Part shown: positions 53,259-64,000 of the stretch, in pieces | How positions within the stretch are numbered: position 1 is the stretch's first letter | Layout: each line of letters starts with the position of its first letter | NCBI RefSeq assembly: GCF_000315625.1 | Contig: NW_005434648.1 | Span: forward strand, 472,974-536,973 | Reading direction: 5' to 3' | DNA from: Guillardia theta CCMP2712 | Lineage: Eukaryota > Protista > Cryptophyta | Length of the DNA stretch: 64,000 bases | The notes under the pieces: generated by a model | The model's input: only the letters and a program-made list of their open reading frames with translations | What the model was told of the DNA's origin: nothing | Databases searched by the model: none | Translations under genes and position numbers: made by a program

Positions 53259-54377
53259 TTAGGCTTCAACATTAATCATGTTCGCATTCTTGTTGATGCG
53301 TTTGACGATCCCCGCGACCACCTTACCAGGACCAAGCTCGTAGCCTTGTTCGAACCCACGATCCATCATAGCAGCGATGGTGTTCTCCCAGAGAACAGGA
53401 GAGGTGACCTGCCTGGTCAGGATGTTCTTGATCGTAGTCGGGCAAGAGTGAGGCATGGCATCGACGTTGGAGATGACGGGGATTCTGGGCTTCTTGATCT
53501 CGACAGTAGCCAGAACATCAGAAAGCTTGGAGACTGCTGGCATCATGAAGTCTGTGTGGAAGGCTCCAGCCACAGCGAGAGGAACTGTCATGCGGGCCTT
53601 GAACTCTGGCTTTGCGATCTCTGACACCTTGGCGCATGCAGACTTGGCTCCGGAAACGGCATAGTTGCCCGAGCAGAGGTAGTTAGCGATCTGGATCTTC
53701 TCCCCTGACAGCTCCGAAGCCTTCTCGCAGAGCTTCTTCACTGTGTCGCTATCAAGTCCAATGACGCTGACCATTCCGCTCTCTGAAGCCTCTGAGGCAG
53801 CCTGCATGGCCTCTCCGCGAACCTTCACGATCTTGAGACCATCCTCAAAGCTAAGTGCACCAGCGAAGGAGAGCGCTGTGTACTCACCCAAGCTAAGACC
53901 AGCAGCCACAGTGGCACGATCAATAGCCTCCTGTCCTGCTTCCATTCTCAACTTCTCGACAGCAGCAAGAGAAGCCACGTAGATGGCAGGCTGGCTGATC
54001 ACAGTCGAGTCCAACTTCTCCTTGGGACCCTCAAGGCACAACTTGAGGAGGTCGTATCCCAGGACATCGCTGGCTTGCTCGAACATCTCCTTCGCCTTGG
54101 GAACATCCTTGACAAGATCTCCCGCCATACCTAGGTACTGAGCACCCTGACCAGGGAACAAGAAGGCAGTTGTCGCCTTCCAATCGCTAAATTCGGTGTC
54201 GCTCTGCTTGCTTTCCGACTGGGCAGCTGTCATCTTAGTCCTGAGAGCATGGGAGGTGAAGGAGAGGGATCTCCTTGCGACAGCAGAGTGGATGCTTGCT
54301 GGAGTAGCCAGGAAGGCCTCTGCAATGTTTGCTGACGCCACAAGCGCCGCCGCCATCGGAAGCACGCGCATCATCAT
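53259..54377 (-). CDS. fabD: Plastid malonyl-CoA:ACP transacylase
   Basis: FLFPGQGAQ, SQPAIY, AGLSLGEY, RGEAMQ, VAGAFHT, ELGPGKV; leader ...ASANIAEA-F; intronless. Confidence 0.96.
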   Translation of the reverse strand: MMMRVLPMAAALVASANIAEAFLATPASIHSAVARRSLSFTSHALRTKMTAAQSESKQSDTEFSDWKATTAFLFPGQGAQYLGMAGDLVKDVPKAKEMFEQASDVLGYDLLKLCLEGPKEKLDSTVISQPAIYVASLAAVEKLRMEAGQEAIDRATVAAGLSLGEYTALSFAGALSFEDGLKIVKVRGEAMQAASEASESGMVSVIGLDSDTVKKLCEKASELSGEKIQIANYLCSGNYAVSGAKSACAKVSEIAKPEFKARMTVPLAVAGAFHTDFMMPAVSKLSDVLATVEIKKPRIPVISNVDAMPHSCPTTIKNILTRQVTSPVLWENTIAAMMDRGFEQGYELGPGKVVAGIVKRINKNANMINVEA

Positions 54378-54924
54378 TGATCGGCCACCACCCTTCCACC
54401 CTACCCCATAAATCTAGAGTACCCCTGATCCTTTACCCCACTTTTAACACGACAAAATACCCCTCCTTACCTTGTTTTCTAACCCACCCCCTGTGAGGTG
54501 AGCTCTTACATGTCCCAACGATTGCCGGGGGGGTCGTTAATGGCAGAAAGGGCTGGGTGATACTTTAAGATGTAGAGGGTGATCGACATAGGGTGGGGTA
54601 GTGCAAATGACTGAAAAAGGTGGGTACCTGTCAGTAGTGAAGAGGGTAGTAGCACCCCATCACAATGGACTCCAGCGGAGTCGGGGGTTTGGATTTCTAT
54701 TGTTTGGAGGGGGTATTTACAGGTATTAGACTTGGGGGTAGGGTACTTGAAAAGCCTCGGAATGGCCCGGCGGGGCCCGTCACGCCGCGACTCGGCGAGG
54801 CTCCCGGAACGCCGTGCGGGCCCGGCCGAGCAACTCCTCAGTTCAAATTCAATGGCCGGGCCGGACGGGCCGAACCGTTTCAAAGACTCATGTTTCCCAA
54901 GTTTCACTGACAGTGCCTGGGAAG

Positions 54925-55944
54925 CTATACGAACCATTTCCATGGCTCTTCAGGAAACATGCAGTATGTATCCTCATAGTCGACCAGAAGCTTTCGTATC
55001 TCATCCACTGACACCATCTTGTCCTGGTCATGATGTGCATTTCTGTTGCTGTCCCTTGACAATACCTGAAGAGAAGGAAGGGTCGGAGAATGTTTTCAAT
55101 TTAACTAGATTCAGCGTTTCAGTGCATACCTCCTTCATTCCTTCACATCCTCCGTTCTTCTTGGTCCAAACTTTCTTATCCTCGCCATCATAATTCTGAG
55201 CCTCTTCATCCGTCAAGACGACATGCTCGTTCCATGAATCCACTGAGCTGTAGCAGAAGAATCACAAGCAATAGAAAGGGAATCTTCGAGCATGCTTACT
55301 CTATGATAGAAGGAAAGAAAGGATACACCCTGCAATGCATTGGCCTTGCTTCGTAAATTGAACATGTTTTATCCTCATTCACAAATATACATCTACAATG
55401 ACACAAAGACAGCATAAGCAACCCTTCTTGGGCTCTCACAAGCAAGCATCTCACCTTCCCTCATCATCAGCATCGGGGGAGACCAGCGTGAAAGTTGGAT
55501 GATCATCTCCTCTGACCCGATGCACTCTACGAAAAAGGGGCAACAGTCGTCATACCCCAGCGTTTGCGCATTTACCTGCTCATACCTGTTCCAACCCTCC
55601 ATCTCTTTGTTCACATATTTGTCTTTGAATGCCTTTTCAGTGATTCCAAGGAACTGCAAGATCCTGCTTGTCTCTTCTGGGCTGAACCACACCTCCCCTT
55701 TTACATGACAACATTTTCCGCATTGAGTGCAATCGAAAGGCAATCCTCCAAGTTGCTCCCACCATTCAAGATCAGCCAAATTTTCTTGTGAATTCATCGA
55801 TACTCGTAGGCCTTTGAAGCTACCTGACCTGCCAATCGAGTGCACGCGCCTTGACGGTTGCGGCCCAAGAAGTCCACAAGCGAATCCATTTGTCCATCGC
55901 ACAATATCGAGCGCTACTAAGATGACGATGTATTTGCGGAGCAT
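54925..55944 (-). CDS. YkgJ/UPF0153 CxxCxxCC cysteine-cluster protein, probably plastid-targeted
   Basis: FDCTQCGKCC; later exons CSIYEARPMQCR and GGCEGM; leader MLRKYIVILVALDIVRWTNG-F. Confidence 0.8.
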
Positions 55945-57387
55945 TCCAGCTTCAATGCACAGAAGATGTTGATCAGATTCTGACTGAAGAAAATCTTATC
56001 AGAAGTTGATGTCAAAAGGTCATTCTATGGATTGCATTGCAGGAATCTTACATTGAGTCGTATCTTATTCTTACATGTTAACAACAGGGAGAGATGAGTC
56101 TAACTCTCTACTCATACTTCTGGTCTTGAGTATATTTGATGTCGCCTCACAACACGTGGACACAGTATCCATCTCCATCACTCTCCTCTCCTCCACATCG
56201 CCGATCATCACCTGACTTCATCACCTGACTTCTTCTTCTTCCTCACATCATGTGGGCTGCCTGAGGTGTCCAACTTACACACCAACCTGATCTCTTCCTA
56301 GCAATCACTTCTCTTCTTCTCTCCCATCCTAGCTCGCTGGTTAAACCTCCCCTCGCCCCCTGCACCAAACTTTCGGGGGAGCCATCACGGCCTCCAATCT
56401 ATTTTACTCAACTTTGTTTCAGTGATGATAGGCATCCCCGGGCCCCGGGCCCCTGGGCCCCGGCATTCCGGCAAACCATGGCAGTTCCTCTCAGGCAGAC
56501 ATCCTCGGGCAAGGGTAGAGGTGGTCAAATTCTTTCTCTCCACCCCCCATTAAACAGCAATTTACTCGGCATTTGCTGGGGTACTACGACTACCCCACCG
56601 TGTTGTTTGGATGGAATGTCATCAGATTCCAGACGTCGTATCATGGCACTCCTTTCCATTGATCTCGTGAAGAACCATGATCTCATCTCCTCCTCTCCTC
56701 CTCTCCTCCTCTCCTCCTCTCCTCCTCTCCTCCTCTCCTCCTCTCCTCCTCTCCTCATGTCCACCTCTTCGCTGTGTTTCCATGTTGACCTGCCGCCATC
56801 CCTCTTCTCCTTTTGGTCTTCTGGGAAATATATATCGAGAAAAGATTTCGTCTGTGACTCAGTCCTCGCTGAGAAAAACTTTGATGAGCGGAGAAAGATG
56901 CAGGCTGAATGACGGAGACGTAGCACAAACATTACAATTTTTAGTTTTTTGTTACCTTGAGCGGGCTGCTGACTAAGTCGTCTTTCTTTTCTAGTGGAAT
57001 CGGAATTCTCGACTATGGCAGCGTATCGCATAGTTGTCGGGACAGGTCACATTCCTTGTCTTGGTGCATCTTTTTACATTTGTTTTGAATTGTGGCCCAC
57101 AGTGTACATGTTCTTCATGGCACATTGTACTTCATGCTTCTCATTCAACCCTTCGTTTGCTCTTGGTAAACGTCGAGTACAGGTTCAGAAGTATGGTACT
57201 TCAACTGTTGAATATTGAAACCACTTCGCAGTTGTCTTTGGATGCGGAGCTCCGTCCCAGAGGTACATAACAAGTTTTCTTGTCCTTCATTACAATCGGT
57301 AATTGGGGCTTGAACTTAACGGGTGCTCAGTTACTAGAAAATGCGGTGGCTTGTTTCCTTTCTCGATGCAGTCGGAAAGGTAACAGT

Positions 57388-58324
57388 ATGTCAGAAAGCA
57401 CATCTCAATCTGACATATTTGCAAGTGGAGATGCCAACAACCGTGCAAACGGTGGCGAAGAAAAATTGAGGCTGTGGAAAGAAAAGGCGAAAGCTGCGCG
57501 CAAGCCCAGCTTGCAACAAGGTTGCGTTTGTTCGGTCATCGGGCATTCCATGTCTAAAGCATGCTTCATATCAGGAGTTTACATTTCCATTTTGTGTGTT
57601 CTTGGAATTTCATTAACGGCATATGCCCTGCATGTGGAGCACATGCTACGTCTAAACAAATCCTACAAGGTATTTTTAAGCACTCAACGATTGCACACTG
57701 GTAAACTGTGTGATAGGCCGCTTGTGATGTCGGAAGCTGGGCATCATGTTCAAATGTATCCGACTTCTTGTTTTTGGGGATGTTTCTCATGTTTCATGGA
57801 CCAGGTTGCGAAATCAGCATATGGATCAGGTTTAGGCATCATCTCAAAGAGGGGTCCATTTGGATTTTTGGCGTTCTCAAATCCAATTTACGGTAACGAC
57901 TTCTTTATTGACCCCAATGTTTCCTATGACTTGATTATTTCTGTTAGGATTGGTATTTTATCTCGCCATGCTTGGGCTACAGGCTCCGCCCATATTTGCC
58001 TCTCCCAGGGCTAGAATTGCTTCAGTTGTTCTTGCTTCAGTGTCCCTCTTCGCATCGGCGTGGCTTGGATATTTGCTGTTTGCCGTGATCAAAGTACGCA
58101 GACTTCAACATGTTATACTTGCTACTCGAACGAGAGTGACTGTTTTGCTCCAGGAAATCTGTATAGTATGTATCTCGTCGTACGTCTTGAACGTGGTTCG
58201 TCAAAGCCTTGTGCGCTTTGTCACCTTGCTGACTTGCTGATTGCAGTTGATTTTTGTCCTTACGATGGCTGATTATCGGAAACTTATAGCAGACCTCAAG
58301 AGCAGGAAGCCCTCTTCGGCATAA
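57388..58324 (+). CDS. VKOR: Vitamin K epoxide reductase (VKORC1-like)
   Basis: LGISLTAYALHVE...YK-PLCDVGSWASCSNV...YGSGLG, SNPIYG-LVFY, CIVC redox motif. Confidence 0.9.
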
Positions 58325-58354
58325 AAACCGTTCGCTGGGAGGGTAAGAAAACTC

Positions 58355-59464
58355 TCACGGGAACATGCCCTTGAAGTACTCATCGAACTCATCTTCCCCT
58401 GTGGCTGAAGGGAGCATGTCAAGACCTCGCTGAAGAAATTCATGAACTACTTACCATCTTCAAGAACTTGTGCTGGACGGCTCCAGATAGCGCTCTCAAC
58501 GGATTCTTGTTGCTGAGAAGGATTATCAGTGGAAAGTCACATTGACCAGCAGCAAGTGGATTACCTCCTCCTGACTTTCCTGCTTTTCATTGACAGAAAG
58601 TTGTTCTCCTTGGAGTCTCCCTGCGGCAGATAGCAAGTCAAGAGACTTACTTAACCATCGCTTCATAAAATACTCACCTCTGGACGAAAGGGACTGACTG
58701 CCTGAAGATTCATGCTTTTCCTCTACTTTTCTGCTGCTACTCTTCCTCTTCCTCGCTTGTGGCCTATCCCATCTTGACTCTCCTGTCTCCTTGTTGTACC
58801 AATAGACCTTGCCGGTGCTACGAGACGTTACTTCTTCCCAATGGCCTTCATCTTCTTGCTCTTCTTCAGATTCTTCAGAGTCCGAACTTGAGCTTTGCGT
58901 GTCCTCCTGCTTCGATTCTTGACCTCCTTCAAGTCTCCTCTTCTTCTCATTTTTAGCCCGTTTTTTCATCTCCTTCTCCATCTTTCTTAGCTTCTTGTAG
59001 TTCAACTTGATCGCACAATCGGGACAAACTCTTAGCTTGACAAGGGCATTCTTTTTCTCACCCGCCTCCTTGTAGGCAAAGTTCATCTCGAAGCTCTGTA
59101 ACTCATCTCTGGCATCACAGGCCTGGTTGCCACAGACAAACTGTCCCTTTCCAACAAATACCTCTTTCTCCGTCCTCCAACGCAATGCTATCTGCCCTTT
59201 CTTATACTTGCTCATGTCAGCAATACAGTACTCCTTGTAAAGCTTCTCATAATACTTGACAGCCATTCTCACTTCCCACTTGGACAAGTCATCTTCTTCT
59301 GGTTTCCGAATGAACCTATAGTTTTCATGCAGGACATCATAGTCTGTTTTGCCTACCGACGGCCTGTTCTTCTCGATGTAACGTTGAACTCCTTCCTTGC
59401 CCAGAGTCAAGACATAGTCGTTGATGAACTTCTTGTGGCGGGAATACGGGTCCATCCTCTGCAT
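58355..59464 (-). CDS. FRA10AC1: FRA10AC1 homolog (spliceosome-associated) with an added WW domain
   Basis: YSRHKKFINDY, KTDYDVL.ENYRF, LYKEYCIAD, LRWRTEKEV..GKGQFVCGN, KNALVKLRVCPDC, C-terminal EFDEYFKGMFP; WW HWEEVTSRSTGKVYWYNKETGESRWDRP. Confidence 0.92.
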
Positions 59465-61584
59465 CTTGATCGCCTTGTTATGTATCACAAAGACACCTGC
59501 TGCTGCTGCTGCTGCTGCTCCCTCCCTCGCTACTTCGTCTCCTTCCTGTGTGCTCGTCCTCCTGTCAGGCTCCGGGCCCCGGAGACGTTCGGAGTTCTGC
59601 CCAACCCAAGGCCGTATCACTGACTCAAACTCAATGCTCAGACGAGCCTTCAAGTAGTGAACTCTAGTGCCGGTGCCGGGTCACGGGTCACACGGGTCAC
59701 GGGTGGGGGCCCTCTGACCTTTTCGATCAAGGTTCGACTGTTTTAAAATTCTGGAGGAGCTGCTGAAATATTTGGGGGTCACGGTGACGAAATTTGAATT
59801 CAAAACTCGGATCACGACCGGTAACTTTCAAATTCGAGTTCAAATTTGAAGTGGATCCGCACAGTTGATTGCGGAAAATCGTTTACCGAAGTCCCAATCA
59901 TAGAATTTGAATTTATCATGGAGATATTGGAGAGTGGCGGCTGAAATCGTTCAAACCTGTCGTCGGACAGCACGGGCTGCAAGAACGGCAGGATCTTTCA
60001 TCAATCAGATCGGATCGTTGCGTTTTTAGTCAGGTCACGATTGAATTCGAATCCGAAAGGCGGGGGTCCGTCGGGGAACCGAAGAATATTCAAACAGTAC
60101 CGGTGGTTAGACCCTATACCCTGATACTACCCAGTGGTGGGTGACTTGAACCGGTGCAATTCGTATTCAATATGCATGGTGCTGTGTAGCGTCCAGGGGT
60201 AGGGGTTGGACAAAATGTTCCCACTCGCCGCGGGGTAGGGTGGCAACCGCAAGTTTCAAAAATTGAAATTTGAATAAAAAAAAGTAAAACTCAAACTCAC
60301 ATGGCGCACTGTTTTCCCCTCATGAATTGAATTGGCACTAATAACATTTGGATACTTATCAGAAAGGTTTCAAAAATAGGAGGTCTTGCTTTCAAGTGGT
60401 TTCTCTCGCCTTATTTCAACGGAGCCATCGTGCTTACAGGGGGCCTTGTAGTAAACGGGACCCCACCCCCAAGTCAAGCTCATGGGAAGGGACTTAAATA
60501 CAAACTCGATTCCAAAAGCCTCTTTGGGTAGGTAGTTTTTGCCTAAATGACGGGGGTACGAGTATAGACCAAAGGGGGTTCACAATGAACCCAATGCCAA
60601 GGGGGTGGACGGGTAGGGGTATGATAGAGGAACTGGGGGCGGGATCATAGGCAGGGAGGGGGTGGGCGGGAAAAGGGAGTTACCAGAGCAAAATTCGAAC
60701 ACAGTGAAGCTGCCCGCGCGCGCATGGCACACAAACTTGAGATGCCGCTCGTGTTCATGCTCCTTCCCTAGCCTGCTTCTTCCTTTGTCTGCTTGTTCTA
60801 CTCACTTACATGTTTGTCCTTGAGTATGCTTGTTGAGTTCTTTGCACATACTGAATCCTGGGAACCGATATGTGCATTTCATGCAGTGATTCGAAACATA
60901 GGTTGTATCGAATAGCGGATTGATTGAATATTGTCTGTATGCTGTTGATTGCTGTCTCCAAAGCTCGAAATTCAATGATAAGAAGCTGGAAGTCAAGGGA
61001 TCTTTGATTTGCTGTGGTTGAGAACATTTTCAGACTTTTTAATTTGTGCAAGACCACCCGACAGCATTATTTTGCCTTTGCATTTGCAATATCAAAAACG
61101 TTGGATGAGAGAGCCATTTGCTCATTGGTGACTATTACATGCCAGTGTCGTTGTTATTCAATCATATGTAAACCTTCTGTGTTTCCCCAGCGAATATTGC
61201 TTTAGTCCCAAGGTAGAATTGCGCATGCGATTCATCGGAGAATGATTCATTCTTTTGAAAACTGTTAGATTTCAAGCAGCAAATGACATTCTATTGTTTA
61301 GTTGTATGTTCTAGACAAACCAAAATGACCTCATGCATCTTTTCTCTTGATTTTTGGACATCGACGTTTTCAAATTTTCAAATTTTCAAATTTTGAATTG
61401 CATTTGACGTTGTGCTTGCAGATCCCTTGAACGCTTGGAACTTTGCTCCAAGATAACCATCTTCATGACAAATCCAAGCTTAATGAGATGTAATAACTGC
61501 ACTCAGTGGTATATACAGCCTAAAAATGATGTTTTCTTGTTGATAACGGAACTTTTGCTCAGGTGCAAGTGTGATCGACAACCT

Positions 61585-63463
61585 ATGAACCTAAGATCGC
61601 GTAAGACGGTTCGGACAACAAAACAACCAAATTCAAAAAATGTAAATCATGAAACTTCATCGAAGAAGAATCAGGCGGGACAGCTGATCAGAAATCACAA
61701 AAATCTAAGGGTGTATGAGATCCCTGAAGAGATCTTGGACTCCATTCTAAACTTTGCGGTGAGGGGTCACTGCGACATTTGTAAATACTCCTTGACGTGC
61801 AAGAAATGGTATTCTGTCGTCAATCAAGAGATGTGCTGGAAGAGACTGTGCATCCGGGGTTGGGGTCATCGATCGGATATTGTCCAAGTACCTTTCTGCA
61901 AGGAACCCTCTGTTACATGGAAGGACTACTACAAAACTCGGCTTCTTTCCCACCAACCTCTTCAAGGATATATGAAGTATCAACATCAGCTGACCGTCAG
62001 TATAAGGTATGTTCACTTTGTTTCTCAAATCTTTTTTGTTTTCCACTTAGCCACATAACTGACATTTCACTTTTTTCTTCAGATCGATTCTTATCAACTG
62101 GCTGCTTGCGGTGATCGACGAATTTCAGAGCACCAATGTCTTCGGCAAGCCCGCTGTTCATCACTTGACAGTATCAATTCTGGACAACTATTGTTCTTCT
62201 GTTCGGGAGGTCATTGCAACAAGTGAATTGCAGACGATCGGAGCGGCCTGTGCTGTTTTGGCACTCCACCCTAACTCAGAGTTGGAGGACATCTGTCCAA
62301 AATACTACAAACGAGCAGCTTACTACACAGATGGTGCATGTACAAGTGAACAAGTTAGGGCTGTTGCAGAGAATATCCGGAAGTTTTTTCCAAGACTCCG
62401 CATACGGGAAACCAAAACAGCATTTCACACCATAGATGCACTTTTGGGAGCAATGCAGAAGAATCATCCATCCTCTTCCACCTTCTGCTTAGCTCATTAC
62501 CTTGGTGAACTCAGTCTCCAAGCCGAAGCTTCATTGAAGTTTACTCAAACTCAGATAGGGGCTTCTTCATATGCTTTGGCTTGCCACACGTTGGGTTGGT
62601 CTGAGTCACTTTGGATGTCTATTATCAAATCTCATCTACCAAATTATTCTTTTGGGGACTTGCAGGAGTGCATGTCGAGTTTGCAAGAGCTCCTGAAACA
62701 GGCTTTGAATATGCTGACCAAACGGAACAAGAAGACAACTCTTCCTCATGTGATCGTCAAGTATAGCCGCCGAGACAGACAGCACGTCGCGAAGGTCGTG
62801 GTGACACCTTCAGCTTGGCCTTTGGTTTGCCCTCATGGCATCAGCAGAGAGCAGCCGATTCCTTGTACAGAATGCCAGGTGACAGGATCTGCAGTGCTTA
62901 ACTTGAGCTTGGATGGTGAAATTGACGACGATGACGGTCAAGTATCGGTGTTCTCACTGGATGAAGATCCAGATTTTTTGGATGGCTCCATAGAGGAATC
63001 GACCTTCGCTATCAACGGAGGAGCTGATGAGGACATCGAAAGACTGCCTGTGCTTGAACGCCATGACGCTCACACGCCGATCAATGCTCCACCACCAGAG
63101 GACAGCTTGCTAAGGGCCCCGAGCGACTCATCTCCGTCCGTCACCTGCACAGGGCAGGGGGAGAACGAGAAGGTTCAAGACCAGCGGGGCTTGCAAGACG
63201 TTTCCTTTGGGATGATGAGCGATGCCTGCGACAACAGCTTCATTCATGGTCCGGATGCCGCTTTCGAGCCCTTCGACGATCGCAGGTCATCCATGGGGGA
63301 GCGTCGTGCTTCAATGGGCAGTGTCCTTGGGGCAGTCTTTGAGGAGGACGATTCCTACGCATCGGAGACTTCTGAGAAAGAAACATGCTCTTCGCTCTGC
63401 TGCGAAACCAATGTTGGGAAACACAACAAAGCCAATATCAGCCTTGCTGATCACAACAAATAG
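61585..63463 (+). CDS. F-box + cyclin-box protein (cyclin F-like architecture) with acidic PEST-like tail
   Basis: F-box IPEEILDSILNF...YSLTCKKW...WKRLC; intron 62007-62082 gives YMKYQHQLTVSIRSILINWL; LQTIGAAC, YYTDGACT, LAHYLGELSL, VIVKYS. Confidence 0.85.
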
Positions 63464-63657
63464 AAGGTATCCATTGAATCGTTAGATGGATTTGTTGGAA
63501 GGTTGCAAGCTCAAACAACAATACACGACTTTCTTGGGGGTTACACGATTATTCCTTTTAAACTAGTAAGAAATTAAATGTAAAAAAACAAGCAAAACAA
63601 GTAGAAGTCTGAATGCATGTGCCACCCTTATGACTGGTCATCGTGCCAAAGAACTTC

Positions 63658-64000
63658 ATACTCGCAGCGATGCCGAAGCTGCTCCGAACGGTCTAGTTGC
63701 TATCTCCTTCAGATCGTTAGGCCTTGAACCTAAGGTATATGACCACTTCCAGATCATATGCCTTGCTCGATACGTTCCGATCGTCTCTTCTCCATGATTA
63801 GGCTCTGTTTGAATCGATAGTAGTAGCTTGCTACTTGATTGATTTTGTGACTGACGTTTTTTCAGAAACTACATTCATATGATATGCTGCCCTGAACTGA
63901 TGCGACAGGTTCCTGTCGAACCACAAAGCCTGCTGAGGGTAATTATGTAGCAGTAGGGCAGGGAGTGGCTCCATTTCTCCTTCCTGCCTTCCTGATTTAC
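63658..64000 (-). CDS. Possible 3' end of a minus-strand gene running off the window
   Basis: Open exon-like stretches separated by a GTCAG..CAG intron; frame unresolved. Confidence 0.3.

Noticed and set aside
56478-57270. Possible small gene upstream of VKOR, with an LNDGDV FHA-like fragment
   Set aside because: Could not build a consistent spliced frame; low-complexity sequence

Overview
Eukaryotic nuclear genomic DNA. It is gene-dense, with many short (~45-60 nt) GT-AG introns, purine/pyrimidine microsatellites and one 100-N scaffold gap. Several genes carry a signal peptide followed by Phe (bipartite plastid leaders), and one encodes a starch-binding protein; together these suggest an alga with a red secondary plastid, most likely a cryptophyte such as Guillardia (inference). 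About 22 protein-coding genes were reconstructed by splicing by eye, so exon boundaries are approximate. Recognisable products: a tandem HAD phosphatase fusion (Gph-like + GmhB-like), a CBM20 + coiled-coil protein, an ankyrin protein, a BTG/Tob protein, a TPR protein, a PH-domain/single-domain voltage-gated channel/EF-hand protein with a 5-nt micro-exon in its pore helix, a secreted RCC1-like propeller, a Rieske protein, an EF-hand-WD40 protein, an extended RecQ helicase, THI4, a GT2 glycosyltransferase, FabD, a YkgJ-family protein, VKOR, FRA10AC1-WW and an F-box-cyclin. No tRNA, rRNA, CRISPR array or transposon was recognised. Top leads: the PH-channel-EF protein with a degenerate voltage sensor, the SAGA1-like starch tether, ubiquitin-tail-like (L/I)RGG motifs after signal peptides, the dual-HAD fusion, and the cyclin-F-like gene with CHR-like upstream motifs.
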